A DNA stretch of 64,000 nucleotides from Eledone cirrhosa (Eukaryota): contig OZ024757.1 of the NCBI GenBank assembly GCA_964016885.1, positions 27,032,001 through 27,096,000 on the forward strand. The letters are read 5' to 3'. The position numbers were made by a program, and so were the translations under genes. A model generated the notes under the pieces. The model did no database searches. It was not told the DNA's origin and saw only the letters and a list, made by a program, of their open reading frames with translations. Position 1 is the first letter of the stretch. Every line of letters begins with the position of its first letter. Below, piece after piece: positions 25,423-38,238 of this stretch.

Positions 25423-25497
25423 AACATATCTGATGATCTTTCGATTACAGAGTCAGGTTCCATCAGAGCTGATGGATAGTGAAACATGTAATATGTT
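25423..25497 (+). ncRNA. Type-I hammerhead ribozyme inside inverted repeat 25276-25550
   Basis: Stem I AACATAT/ATATGTT (7 bp); CTGATGA; extended region II with hairpin TCCATCAG/CTGATGGA; GAAA-CATG-TA. Predicted cut after 25490. Confidence 0.75.
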
Positions 25498-25548
25498 ATC
25501 AAATATGTTATGATGCAACACTGAATCCTTGTTCCTTTATTCTTATAC

Positions 25549-25589
<41 letters not shown>

Positions 25590-25888
25590 AAAACAGAGTC
25601 CACGCTGTAATGTGGCCGTGTAGGTAACACGGTAAAAAGTTCCCAGTTCCACACTGTAAATGTGGTTGGTGTTAGGAAGGGCATCCAGCCGTAGAAAACT
25701 TGCCAGATAGTCCTATATGAGCGAGACACGGTCACCCGACAAACCTTGCCTCAAGTGGGACAACTCCTGTCTAACCCATGCTAGCGTGGAAGATGGACGT
25801 TAAACGATGATGATGATGATGATGATGATATATACACACACACACACACAGTGATTTTTAGAATATTTAGTTGAAGGGAGATCTTTAC

Positions 25889-26105
25889 CTGCTTTTGAAA
25901 CACTGGTTCCATTTACCATCATCGGAATCTGTGGTTTGAGAAGTATCAGACTGACTTCATCGAGGTTACTTACAGCAACATGTCCCGCTACTGTTTCTTT
26001 GTCATCTGTCCATTGCAGTTGTAACTCTTCTGCAAGACAGTCAAGAAGCTTTAGACCTACACTGTGTCTTGTGGCGGAGAGTTTGTCATGGCCAAGACCA
26101 ACAAT
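25889..26105 (-). CDS. PTRH1: Peptidyl-tRNA hydrolase 1 homolog, coding exon 2
   Basis: tatttcAG|ATT...GCA G|GTAAAG; encodes IVGLGHDKLSATRHSVGLKLLDCLAEEL...LILLKPQIPMMVNGTSVSKA. Confidence 0.95.
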
Positions 26106-26183
26106 CTGAAATAGTAGAGGAAAAAATATGACTCATAAATAATAAAGTTTGCAATAGTTATGATAATGTTTAAAATATAATCA

Positions 26184-26214
<31 letters not shown>

Positions 26215-26274
26215 CATACATACACACACACACACATATATATATATACACACACATATATATATATAAAAGAA

Positions 26275-27080
26275 GTTCAGGGAGCTACTACTGTTGCTAG
26301 CTGCAAAAGGCTTTTCCCTCAAAATGAAAGGCAGACTGTATGAGGCATGCGTTCGAACAGCACTGTTACACGGTAGTGAGACCTGGGCGCTGTGTGTAGA
26401 AGACTTGCGTTCATTAGAAAGAAATGAAGCTTGCATGCTCCGATGGATGCGTAATAGTAATATATGCAAACGGCAAAGCATAAACGAATTGAGAGAGAGA
26501 CTGAGCATAAGAGGAATCAAATGCTATGTGCAGGAGAGGAGGTTGCATTGGTATGGACATGTGATGCATATGAAGGATGACAGTTGCATAAAAAGGTGCA
26601 GAGCACTAAAAGTTGATGGAAGCCTTGGAGTGGGGAGACCCAAGAAGACCTGGGATGAGGTGGTAAAAGCTGATCTTGCCCAATTGCACCTCTCATAGGC
26701 GATGACACAGGACCGTGACCTCTGGCGTCACGCAGTAATACAGAAGACCTGACTTCTCACGGTTCTCAAGCCGAAGCTGAAGCATATAGACAATATACCC
26801 TCACCCCTCCCACTGCAAAGTAGTCGTGGAGGTGTCATGACAAAAAAGTACCCAGCCCACACTGTAAAGTGGTCGTGTAGGGGCCACGATAAAAAAGCAC
26901 CCAGCACTCACTGTAAATGAGGTTGGTGTTAGGAAGGGCATCCAGTTGTAGAAATCAAGCCAAAATCAGTTCCCATATTAGCAAGACAAGTTCACCCGAC
27001 CTGGCACTGCCTACAACAGGACAACCCGTCCAACCCATGCTAGCGTGGAAGAATGGATATCAAACTGTGATGATGATGAT
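26275..27080 (+). mobile_element. 5'-truncated RTE-clade LINE (C-terminal ORF remnant plus 3' UTR)
   Basis: KGRLYEACVRTALLHGSETW...MLRWM...RRLHWYGHVMHM...GRPKKTW is a typical RTE C-terminus; (GAT)n tail. Confidence 0.92.
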
Positions 27081-27949
27081 GATAATGATATATATATATA
27101 ACAAAGAAAGTGCAATGAAACATAATTTATACAAATTTAAAACGATAAAGTATAGACCACAGTACTAAACTAGTACTTTTTTATCAACCTCAAAAGGATG
27201 AAAGGCAGAGTTGACCTTGACGGGATTTGAACTCAGAGCTGAGAGCCGAAACGAATGCCAACGTTTTAATACCTCTGTCAATTCGTCGCCTTTTAGTAAC
27301 TTTAAAAAACAAAAAGAAAACAAAATAGACGAAGGGAGATAATTCCAAGACAGAAGTAATTTCACAGAAAATTAAATTGTTAAAAGGTAAAAATGTAATG
27401 TTTGATGAACAAACGTATACTGTATTAATAACATTACATTAGTAATAATATTTTTTTAAATATTTTTTCATACCGAAAATTATTCTTCGTAATTTCGGTA
27501 ACCAAGAATTGGTGTAAGCGGCCCCGAAGCAAATCTTCAGGATGAGAAGTACGTTGGTTAGTTTCTACTCTCTTATTGTTTGTAATATATTTTCACAACA
27601 ATACTAAACATATATGTATGTTACGTTTATTTAACATGGTTTTATATTACATCTATATTCATACATTTCATGGTATTTGAAGACACAATCAACAAGTTTC
27701 CAGCTGTTATTCAGGTTAGTATGTAGTTTAATAAGTGACTGACTACAAAACACTCGACAGTTTCACGATTGAGAGAAAATGTCAATTAAACCTATCGTTG
27801 CTTTCTCTAATTTTTCATTAAAAAAAACTTAAATTTCACCCCCAACGCATGAAGGGTTTTTGTAAAAATGAACCAACCCCTTTTCATAAACTCTATTTTG
27901 TAAATTTGACGGTAAATTATTAAATTAGTCGATCAACCCTTGTTTTTAT

Positions 27950-28114
27950 AGATCTGTCAACTCTCCCCTTCCGACGGGGAGATCTCCCCATTTTGGCTCA
28001 TTTCTACCCGTCTCTGTGAAAATGAGTATAGCTTTCATTATGTAAAATCTCATCATTTTTGGGCACTTATTTTCATGGTACTCCCCGTTTGGGTTTTTAG
28101 AGGTTGGCAGGTCT
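27950..28114 (-). mobile_element. Short MITE with AGACCTG(C/T)CAA termini
   Basis: Ends are imperfect inverted repeats; second copy in opposite orientation at 29274-29554. Confidence 0.7.
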
Positions 28115-29273
28115 GTTTTTAGCAAGGTGCTCAGTCCTGCCTTCAACAACGACAGAAATCTTGCTTGAACCAAGTTTCCAGCCTATTCCATCTTGGTATC
28201 TTGAACCAAACAAGGAATTCCATCTAGGCATCATACTAACAGCAGAAAAATTGGATCTAGACATGGATCTTGAATATGGTTGATGTAGTTTAGAAGCATG
28301 GCCGCTCAACTGTCTCAAAGAAGGTGTGAACAATTCATGATATCCACATTTATGAAAACCATACACGGCGACGGATACGTGTCCATCTTGCTTTTATTTC
28401 GATGATTTTATAAATTATTTTAGTTTAATTTAGTTTCTTATCGGATCCATTTTGTTTTCTGAGCCCTCCACACTATTCCAACCATCACCCCAGACCCATA
28501 GCCTAGGGAAGGGGTACTGTTCTCCTCCCACCCTACTTTTCAATGGTGTTCCTTTAGAAAATAGAGCTTATAAAAATCGTCCTGAAATACGTTCCTTGCG
28601 AAAGGAATATCCACCTAGAAAGTTTTGAAGTCACTCTTGAGCACCAAAACCTGGCGACGGGCCTGCATAATGCGTTCATGAAAATGTTGATCAGTTTGTT
28701 TGTGTGTGTGTTTTAGGTTTTTGATATTATTGGGAGTTTTCTCGTCAGGTCCCGTGAGGGTTGAGCACAAGATGGCACTGCCTCAAATTTACAAAAGGTA
28801 CGGTGATATGCTTATTCCGAAAATTTCGCCTTAGAATTATTGCGAATTAGAGTGCCCACCCAGAATGTTCTGAAGATCCCCTAGTACCAAAGCCTTTTCA
28901 CACAGGTCTACTGTAAGGATACTTGGCTATTCCAGTACCTTGACTTCATCATCACAAACGCCAATGCCGTGCGTGTCTTGGCTTGCCTGAAAAATTATGT
29001 TAGAGGAAACACCAACATTCCCCTTCGCTGTAGTGTATAATTAATTGAGTGTGCACATCTCCTCCCAAAATGTATACATACTCCAAAAGAAAAGTAATCA
29101 AAGAGTTTTATTGATTAATTAATGTTTAATTCCTGAATCCATAAGGATTACACCTTTACTAATTGTTGAACCACGTTGAGCTTGAAAATTTGTTTACATA
29201 ACTTAACCCACTTGATCTTTTAATCTGTTTACCCTTGTTATGTATTTCTGATTGATTGCTATCAATTTATTAT

Positions 29274-29554
29274 AGACCTGCCAACCTCTAAAAAACCCAA
29301 ATGGGGAGTACCTTGAAAAAAGTGCCCCCAAAACGGGCAAAATTGCTGGAGATTTTAAATAATTGTTTCTACTTTAGGCACAAGGCCAGCAAATTACCCA
29401 GTGCATTACTGGTACTTTATTTTATCGACCCCGTAAGGATGAAAGGCAAAGTCAACCTCGAAAGCTATATCCATTTTCATAAGAGAAGACATCTCCCACC
29501 CACATCAGAGTAGGTAGGAGATCTCCCCGTCAGACGGGGAGATTTGACAGGTCT
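29274..29554 (+). mobile_element. Second copy of the AGACCTG(C/T)CAA MITE, interrupted by a SINE B fragment
   Basis: AGACCTGCCAACCTCTAAAAAACCCAAATGGGGAGTACC ... GGGGAGATTTGACAGGTCT. Confidence 0.7.
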
Positions 29555-29744
29555 GTTATTATTATTATGTTATTACTTTGTAAACTGAGTTCAAATCCCG
29601 TCGAGGTTAACTTTGCCTTTCATCCTTACGGGGTCGGTCGATAAAATAAAGTACCAGTAATGTACTGGGTAATTGCTGGACTTGTGCCAAAAGTAGAAAC
29701 AATTATTACTTTGTAAATCATATTTATTACATCAATTGTGCTTA

Positions 29745-30002
29745 TCTATATATATAAATACGAAAATGCCTGTCTGTCTGTCTTGTATGCAGGCGATGTA
29801 TTTCCACAGTTTCCATCCGATTTTGTTGAAATTTGATACATAAGTTATTTTGCTCGTGGAGCATGTCAACATATAGTTTAAATCTTTCTCTCCCCTAAAA
29901 TAGCAGAGTTCTGGGGCTATTTAAAGACGACCATGTTGAGAGAGGGGGTCTTTATTTACAATGGCGAAAGATGTGCCCGGCAAAGACGGGCTCTTTTGGT
30001 AG
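29745..30002 (+). mobile_element. Non-autonomous Helitron-like element
   Basis: A|TCTATATATATAAA 5' end, (GTCT)n, 3' hairpin GCCCG-gcaaaga-CGGGC, GTAG|T end (degenerate CTAG), A/T target. Confidence 0.7.
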
Positions 30003-30213
30003 TATGCACATAAAAACTAAAGTTACACTTGGTTTGCTGTAAAGTTTCTTGTAATCGCAGCATCATAAGAAATTGCTGTGGTGGCACATAGATTGTAAAC
30101 CCGTCATTTAAGCTTTTGGAGAGGTTTTGCTTTAGCATGTTTTTAAAACTGTAACTTGTTGCCGACTGATATCAAAGATAAACAAAGTTGAGAATCATAC
30201 AGACACATATATA

Positions 30214-30508
30214 CAGTGTACCCCGGCATTCGCGGTTCCGGTTATTCGCGGATTTTTCCTTAGAACCTAACTAATAATTGTTCGTGGAATCGTAAATATC
30301 TTCCGCGATTTTTTAATTGAAATTGACTTTTTTTTCGTGGCAATATATATTTTTTCACGCTTTTTAACGCTAAATTATTTGCCGGCCTTTATTTTACGTT
30401 GTTTTGACGTTTATGGGCATTTTTATGGACCACGTCCGATATTTGCGGTTTTTCATTCTTCGCAGATGCTCTAGGAACGTTACCTCCGCGAATACCGGGG
30501 GACAACTG
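30214..30508. mobile_element. pogo/Tigger-like MITE
   Basis: TA|CAGTGTACCCCGGCATTCGCGG ... CCGCGAATACCGGGGGACAACTG|TA. Confidence 0.85.
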
Positions 30509-31005
30509 TATACATAGAGAAAGACACATATGTACATAGAAACACACACAGGAACAGAATCACATACATAGACACATACCTACGTAGAAAATACATACTG
30601 ACATACAGAAAGAATCACACACATACGAGCTCTTAAGTAAGCCTGTAAGTGGTCACTTCACTTGCTAGAAACAGAAGCCAAATCTTTCTCAAATTTCACC
30701 TTTTATGACCAATCATTCAAAACAAAAGACCCCTACCTCTTCTTTAGTATTTAGGATGTGTGATCTATCGTCCCATATGAAGCCTCTACCTCTAACCCCG
30801 GGGCTAAAGGTAAGCCCACCGTCTCTGGGAAACCTCACTGGCTCCACAATAGAAGGCGTATTTACTCTAGCCAGAGCACGTTTTATGATTAAATGTATGA
30901 GAATGGCCAACGAAACGACCCACATTCAGTCGTCATGGCAACCTATAAATCAATAGGTTTCCCAAATCGATATCTGACATCTCGACCTACATCGGTCCCC
31001 ATCTC

Positions 31006-32011
31006 GGTAAATTTATAGAAAAGCATCCGGTGGGTTTCGTTAAGAAAGTGTTTGTTTGTTTTTTTTGTTTTATTTTCGTGTGTTTTCAACTAATCCAACC
31101 TCTGGCATGCTCGCTATAAGAACAAAAGTCAACTGTGAGCATGTCGGAGGTCAGATTAGTACACAGCATGAATTAATGTAGTATATCAGATGCACACATA
31201 CACACAGGAAATGAAAGGGTCGATAGTGTAAAATTACACACAGCCATACACCAGGTCCGAACACGGAGGAACCAAACTCCCACTGTCATCGCCTCCGTCT
31301 CTCTCACCTTCCCCATTTTTCATGTACACCAGGTCCGAACACGGAGGAACCAAACTCCCACTGTCATCGCCTCCGTCTCTCTCACCTTCCCCATTTTTCA
31401 TGTACACCAGGTCCGAACACGGAGGAACCAAACTCCCACTGTCATCGCCTCCGTCTCTCTCACCTTCCCCATCTTTCATGTACACCAGGTCCGAACACAG
31501 AGGAACCAAATTCCCACTGTCATCGCCTCCGTCTCTCTCGCCCTCCCCATATTTCATGTACTCCAGGGCCGAACACAGAGGAACCAAACTCCCACTGTCA
31601 TCGCCTTCGTCTCTCTCACCTTCCCCATCTTTCATGTACTCCAGGTCCGAACACAGAGGAGCCAAACTCCCACTGTTATCGCCCTCCCCATCTCTCACTA
31701 TTATGAGCAAATGGGGTCCCACGCGCTGGCCACCCCACAGCCCCGGCGGACAGAATAGAGGATGCGTTTCCCCGGAGGATGGTGATGGAGATGCGTTGGA
31801 AGCCATTCCATCTCGTGAGGCTCACACCTGCGTCTAACTAGCTCAGAGGCTATGGTGGTAAGTAGGGAGGTGGCCCTAGGGTCAAGGACATCAGAAGTCG
31901 CCACTGCTAGGGGCTCAACTGTAAACCTGTTGGAGTTGAAAACACACGAAAAGAAATTAGAAAAAGAAATTTCTTAGCGAACCCCAGCGGGTGCTTCTCT
32001 ATGAATTTACC
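31006..32011. mobile_element. ~1-kb non-autonomous DNA transposon, Merlin- or Mutator-like
   Basis: ~90-bp imperfect TIRs GGTAAATT...; 8-bp TSD CCCATCTC (30998-31005) / TCCATCTC (32012-32019). Confidence 0.75.
31245..31700. repeat. 78-bp GC-rich minisatellite (~6 copies) inside the TIR element
   Basis: 26-codon periodicity, open on both strands (ORFs 31234-31806 and 31322-31837). Confidence 0.93.
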
Positions 32012-32203
32012 TCCATCTCTCTCTCAGAGCGATGCGGAGATCATCTGTGTTCAAATAGTAGCTAAAGTGTCAACCCAAATCACTGAAAATTTAGCTCTCG
32101 TAGAAAGCAGGCGACACCTTGAATATTGATAAGATCGATGTTAAAGACAGTCGATAGGCGGCGAATTGAGAGTCATTTGAATGTCGGATAGAATGCTTTA
32201 TGG

Positions 32204-32515
32204 CAGGGGTTCTCAACCTTTTTTTCGCTGTGGACCACCAAAATAAGTAATTTTTTCCTGTGGATCACCTAAACTTTTAAATCTTTTGTAATAGAACTGC
32301 TACTTATAAGCATCAGTAGATGTTTTTTTTTTAATGAATTAGAAAATGCTATTATCATGTCGCAGTGCCTAAAAATCTACGCAAATAAACAGTCGTACTT
32401 ATGCGAAGAATAAGAACAGCGCTTTAAGTCAAATGCATGGATCAAAAAATAATTTGCTATTGAAAATTTTCTGTGGACCACTCGTGGTCCACATGGACCA
32501 GGTTGAGAATCCCTG
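32204..32515. mobile_element. hAT (Charlie-like) MITE nested in a SINE B copy (32157-32802)
   Basis: TIR CAGGGGTTCTCAACC / GGTTGAGAATCCCTG; perfect 8-bp TSD CTTTATGG. Confidence 0.92.
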
Positions 32516-32827
32516 CTTTATGGTATTCGTTCCAGCTCTCAGCTCTCTGAGTTCAGATCCCACCAAAGTCAACTTTGCTTTTCATCCTTTCGAGGTCGAT
32601 AAAAAAAGTACCAGCCTAGTACTGGGGTCGATTCTTCCTCTGTATCTCTTTCTATGATTTCCTGTCTCTCACTTTCTATTTTCCCTGGAAGAAATCTGCT
32701 GTAATCAGGCCTGCAGAGGGATGGGTTCCGCCAGTCTTAAAATACCCAAGAAGCGCCGTATGTCAATATGGTGCCCCAACGACTCTATCAGGAGTTACGG
32801 GACCATACATACATACATACATGCATG

Positions 32828-33420
32828 CATGGTGGCTGCCAACTCGTTTTCGAGTACGGCCACTACTTTATATCCATGTAGGAGAACCCTTACCGATGCG
32901 CTGAACGAGTGTGACTTTTTAGTCCAGCCAGCGACTTGAAAACTCTGGTACAAACACTACACTTGTGACAATTATTGACACATAGTGCTGGGCCCATGGT
33001 ACCATGTGACGACAAGTGCAGAGAGATCTCCAGATATAAAGCAATGCCTGTGCCGTGAAGCTTTTATAGTGAGCAAAGGCACTGCACAAAGCCAGTCCCA
33101 CTCTCTTAACCAAGATGATATTTACCAAAAAGAAGAACAAGTCAACATCATTGGATATCATCAGGGTTGCAGGTGTTATATCAGAGTTTTCCTTCTCCTA
33201 GAATTCTGCCTTGACAAAGGCTACGGGGTCATCTCTCCCGGTGATTTTGGATGGCCATTGACTCTTACGAGCTCCTTTGCCCTTTGACAGGTTTTGTTTT
33301 TAGTCCTGCAGGATGTCCAAAGTCACCCTCCTCACCAAGAAACCTTGGTGGGGTTGCCAGTTTAGTCGCCAACGACCCGACCATGAGACAGGTTGTACTG
33401 GGAAACATGTTACCAGTAGC
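32828..33420 (-). mobile_element. Second, inverted copy of the ~590-bp repeat at 21181-21772
   Basis: Near-identical translated ORFs appear on opposite strands in the track. Confidence 0.85.
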
Positions 33421-33779
33421 ACCAACACAGGCAGTAGTAATTGATTCATTTTATAACGGAACACTGCACATGACAACAAACACATACACGCACTCACACA
33501 TGTTTACAGACATACATACACACACACACTCACACATGGTTACAGACGTACATACACATGGTTACAGACATACACACACATGATTACATACATACACACA
33601 CACACATGATTACATACACACTCACACACATGATTACACAGGCATATACACTCACACATACACACGTATGTATGTCTATAAGTACATAACATCACAATGA
33701 ATTAGTCATTTAATTAGGAAACAGTACACATGAATATATAATATATATACACGCACGTATATACGTATATCTGTATCAA

Positions 33780-34000
33780 ATAATTGTTTCTTATATAGGC
33801 ACAAGGCCTGAAATTTTGGGAGAGGGGTAAGTCGATTAAATCGACCCCAGTGCGTGACTGGTACTTTATTTTATCGACCGCGTAAGGATGAAAGGCAAAG
33901 TTAACCTCGACGGGATTTGAACTCAGATCATAAAGGGCCGTAACTCTATGCTGCAAAACATGGCGTCCGAACCCCTACCGATACTGCCAATCCACCGCCC
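33780..34000 (-). mobile_element. SINE family B, full length
   Basis: Reverse complement of the head, centre and tail described at 24089. Confidence 0.88.
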
Positions 34001-34589
34001 TTATCTGTATCAAATAATTGTTTCTACTTTTGGCACAAGGCCAGCAATTACCCAGTACATTACTGGTACTTTATTTTATCGACCCCGTAAGGATGAAAGG
34101 CAAAGTTGATTTAACAGGATAAATTGTTGATTTCACTCAACACTACAAATACATATATACACGCTTGTATCTCTGTATATATATAAAACAATAACAGTAA
34201 ATTGTTTATTTTGAAGAAACCACGCACACATACATATACACACATAGGTTACACACACAGCGTCCGAAACGTTAAGACCCTCTTCCTGCTATTTCAAGCG
34301 TTAAACTAATATATTCCTTCCATATACTGTACCGATTGTGTTGTTATTTCTGTTTACCTTTTGCATATATATATATATTTGTGCATTATTCTATGTACTG
34401 TACATGCACCTTTGATGAGTTGTAGTGCACTTGAGCACTGTACACAATAATTTCATTATTATTAATATATATACACATACATATGCATACACGAGTCTGT
34501 ATAATCATAGAATACACGCACACAAATAAGCATATAATATACGCACACAAATATATACATTATAATGAATACACACACATATATATATG

Positions 34590-34661
<72 letters not shown>

Positions 34662-35170
34662 TACGTGTCTGTATAAGCATAGAATACATATTCACACACA
34701 GGTATATACATTATAATGAATACACACATACATATATATATATATATTTAAGACACTCATGCTTCCCGAAATACACCAAAACTACACCTGATGTACCCCT
34801 TCCATACACATGCACACATGTGTGTATCATGACTCGTGCACTGTTCATTTTACTGATGTTTGTGCATTGCCCTATGTACTGTACATGCACTTTTTTGATG
34901 AGTTGTGGTGCACCTGGGCACTGTACACAATATTTCATTATTGTTATTGTATCATGACTCATACACTGTTCATTTTCCTGACATTTGTACATTATTCTAT
35001 GTACTATACATGCACCTTTGATGAGTTGTAGTGCACCTGAGCACTGTACACAATAATTTCATTATTATTATTATATACAAATGGCAACATGACCCTCCCA
35101 AAGCATAACAATATCGGTTTCAACACACGTTTTCAGATAAAGAATCTTGCTAAACAAATTCAGAAACGAA

Positions 35171-35204
<34 letters not shown>

Positions 35205-35454
35205 GTGTCTGTATAAGCATAGAATGCATACATACACATAAATATACATATACACACACGTCTAACCTATGCTAGCGTGACAGGTGGACGTTAAACTGCT
35301 TTGATGATAATGTTTGTATAAGCATAGAATACTCACACAGGTATATACATTATAATGAATGAAATAATTATCTTATATTGTTTATTACATAACTATATAT
35401 ATATATATCAAAATAAAGATCCGAAGGCATGGTATAAATGTCCAATCATTTTAA

Positions 35455-35528
35455 TCACGACACGTGTTTCAATAAGAGATAGATCGATCGTGTAGCCATG
35501 ATCGATTATCACTGATCTCGTCAGGTGA
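35455..35528 (-). ncRNA. Type-I hammerhead ribozyme, sense to PTRH1 pre-mRNA
   Basis: TCAC-CTGACGA-[long stem II with ATCGATC/GATCGAT]-GAAA-CACGTG-TC-GTGA; canonical GUC triplet. Confidence 0.78.
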
Positions 35529-35600
35529 AAATGAATTGTCTTCAAATCCTTGATATGAGGGAGAAAATTAACGGTGTTCATTCACAGAGTTTAGTCCCTC

Positions 35601-35633
<33 letters not shown>

Positions 35634-35799
35634 CACACACACGTGTCTGTATAAGCATAGAATCTATACATACACACAAATACATTATGATAAACAAACA
35701 CACACGTCTAACCCATGCTAGCATGGAAGGTGGACGTTAAACGACGATAACATCAACAACAACTTTACCACCAGCAACATCCACAACAACAATCATAGA

Positions 35800-35925
35800 A
35801 TAGCATACACACACAGATATATACATTATAATGGACACACACACACACATATATATATACATACACATAGTGTCTGTATAAGCATAGAATAGCATACATA
35901 CACATAGATATATACATTATAATGG

Positions 35926-35956
<31 letters not shown>

Positions 35957-36122
35957 CATACACATAGTGTCTGTATAAGCATAGAATAGCATACATATAC
36001 ACACAGATATATACATTATAATGGACACACACACACACATATATATATATATACATACACATACGTGTCTGTATAAGCATAGAATAGCATACATACACAG
36101 ACAGATATATACATTATAATGG

Positions 36123-36155
<33 letters not shown>

Positions 36156-36320
36156 CATACACATAGTGTCTGTATAAGCATAGAATAGCATACATACACA
36201 CACAGATATATACATTATAATGGACACACACACACACACACACATATATATACATACACATACGTGTCTGTATAAGCATAGAATAGCATTCATACACACA
36301 CAGATATATACATTATAATG
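35800..36320. repeat. ~95-100-bp higher-order repeat of microsatellites plus GTGTCTGTATAAGCATAGAAT (further units 34490-35700)
   Basis: About five tandem units visible. Confidence 0.88.
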
Positions 36321-37589
36321 AACGTACACATACATATACTGTACATACACACACACGCATCTTGTAGTATACGTGCTTAAATAAATGATTAACAATATTT
36401 ACAAGAAGGCGGTTCCTTTTGTAACACACACACACATACACACAACCACATACACACAGCCTGCAACGGGGTGTGCGTCTCTCGTAGAGGAGATTCTATC
36501 ATTGTAAAATACAGCAGCCTTATTTGTCAAGCTAATAGTGCAAGTAACCTTTGGCACATTTACCATTCTCTCTCTCTCTCTCTCACTCTAGCCTTTCTCC
36601 CTCTCTCTAGCCTTTCTCCATTACACCTCGATGTTCAGTCACAATAACCACCACCATCACCACACCCTCTCTTGTTTTCCCCCCTCCACACACAACACAC
36701 CCTCTCTATATCATTTTCACCCTCATACTCTTTAGCCCCCCCCCCCCCCTCTCGTTTCCTTCTATCTTTTCGTCTACTTTACCATCTGTCTGGTCTCCCT
36801 GCTGCAAATATCTCCTCCTCCCCATCTCTCTCTTGTTTCATCTCTCTCTGTTTGTCTGTCTCTCTCTCTCATCTCTCTCTCCTGTTTGTCTGTCTCTCTC
36901 TCTCTCCTTTTCTTCTCACTTTCCTTTCTGTCTGTGTCTCTCTCATGCTGATTTTTCCTGCAGGGCATTGGCATGTTTTACGTCAAAGAATCAATGCATA
37001 CACGTATGCATAATAGTGCACAATATACTCACTCGCTCACACACACACACACACATACATACACACTTACACAAATACACACACGCACGCACACACACAT
37101 AGATAACACACACACATACATACATGTACACACAACATACACACTTACACAAATACACACACGCACGCACGCACGCATAGATAACACACACACACATATA
37201 TATATATACACACACACTCACACTCAACATACATACACAATAGTGCACACTCACATACACAACATGCACACACACACACACACAATAGTGCACAATGTAC
37301 ACACTGACGCACACACAATATACACACTCACGCACACAATAGTGTGCAATGTACACACACGTCTCCTCACATTCATATATAACAACATATATATATATAT
37401 ATATATATACACACGCGCACACAACACACACACACTGGTGCAACAGCAACAACACACATACACAGACAGTGCCCAACATACACATACACCTACACCTAAC
37501 AAGGATCCAACCCAAGATAAATAAAACAACAATAAATATATTAGATTTTTCTCAACAAATATGATATCTACCAATATCGACATACCTTA

Positions 37590-37671
37590 TACAGGCTGTC
37601 CCCCAAAAATGTATACATATCTCAACAACATTCTATTAAAAGTGTTTATACATTTTTTGGAATGCCCTGTA
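37590..37671. mobile_element. ~80-bp Tc1/mariner MITE (other copies/fragments near 38560, 39474, 52470, 58335)
   Basis: TA|CAGG(G/C)TGTCCCCAAAAATGTATAC ... CCCTG|TA. Confidence 0.75.
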
Positions 37672-38009
37672 TATGTTTATTGCTATAGACATTAAATTCT
37701 TGTACTGCGGCCATGCTGGGACATAACATTCAAAGAGAATTTTTGTTTTTTGACTATCTTCTCTCTGTATGTATTTTGTCGATCTCTATTTGTTGAACTG
37801 CTAAGTTATGGGGCATGGTGACCACTAACTTAACCCTTTAGCATTTAAACCAGCCATGTATCTTAAAACCTTCCATTATAACTGCTGAGGTTAACTTTGC
37901 TTTTCATCCTTACGGGGTCGATAAAATAAAGTACCAGTAATGCACTGGGTAATTGCTGGCCTTGTGCCAAAAGTAGAAACAATTATAACTCTATATAAGG
38001 AACACCACC

Positions 38010-38238
38010 TTAACCTTTTAACATTTAAACCGGCTGAAACCGGTCAGAATTCCCTCACCTCGTTCTGTTCAAACTGGCTGTAACCAGCTGCTCATACTGA
38101 TGTTGAGGTATTGTTCTCAAAATAAATAACATGAAAATCTCATAGATTCGATACTATGTCAGATAATTATGTGAGGTACAGCCTTTACTACTAAAATACA
38201 ATAGTAAATATAAAGTAATGTAAATGCTAAAGGGTTAG
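38010..38238. mobile_element. piggyBac-like MITE with a single, unamplified 44-bp unit
   Basis: Same termini and body as 43104-43889. Confidence 0.8.

Noticed and set aside
27470-27545. Minus-strand CTGAAGA...GAAA motif
   Set aside because: Stem I cannot form.
28097-28450. Nearby candidate for the PTRH1 first exon
   Set aside because: Only weak donors and no resemblance to the K/R-x-M junction; the 60765-60619 exon fits much better.
31234-31837. 190- and 171-aa repeat-protein ORFs
   Set aside because: A 78-bp minisatellite inside a TIR element, open on both strands.
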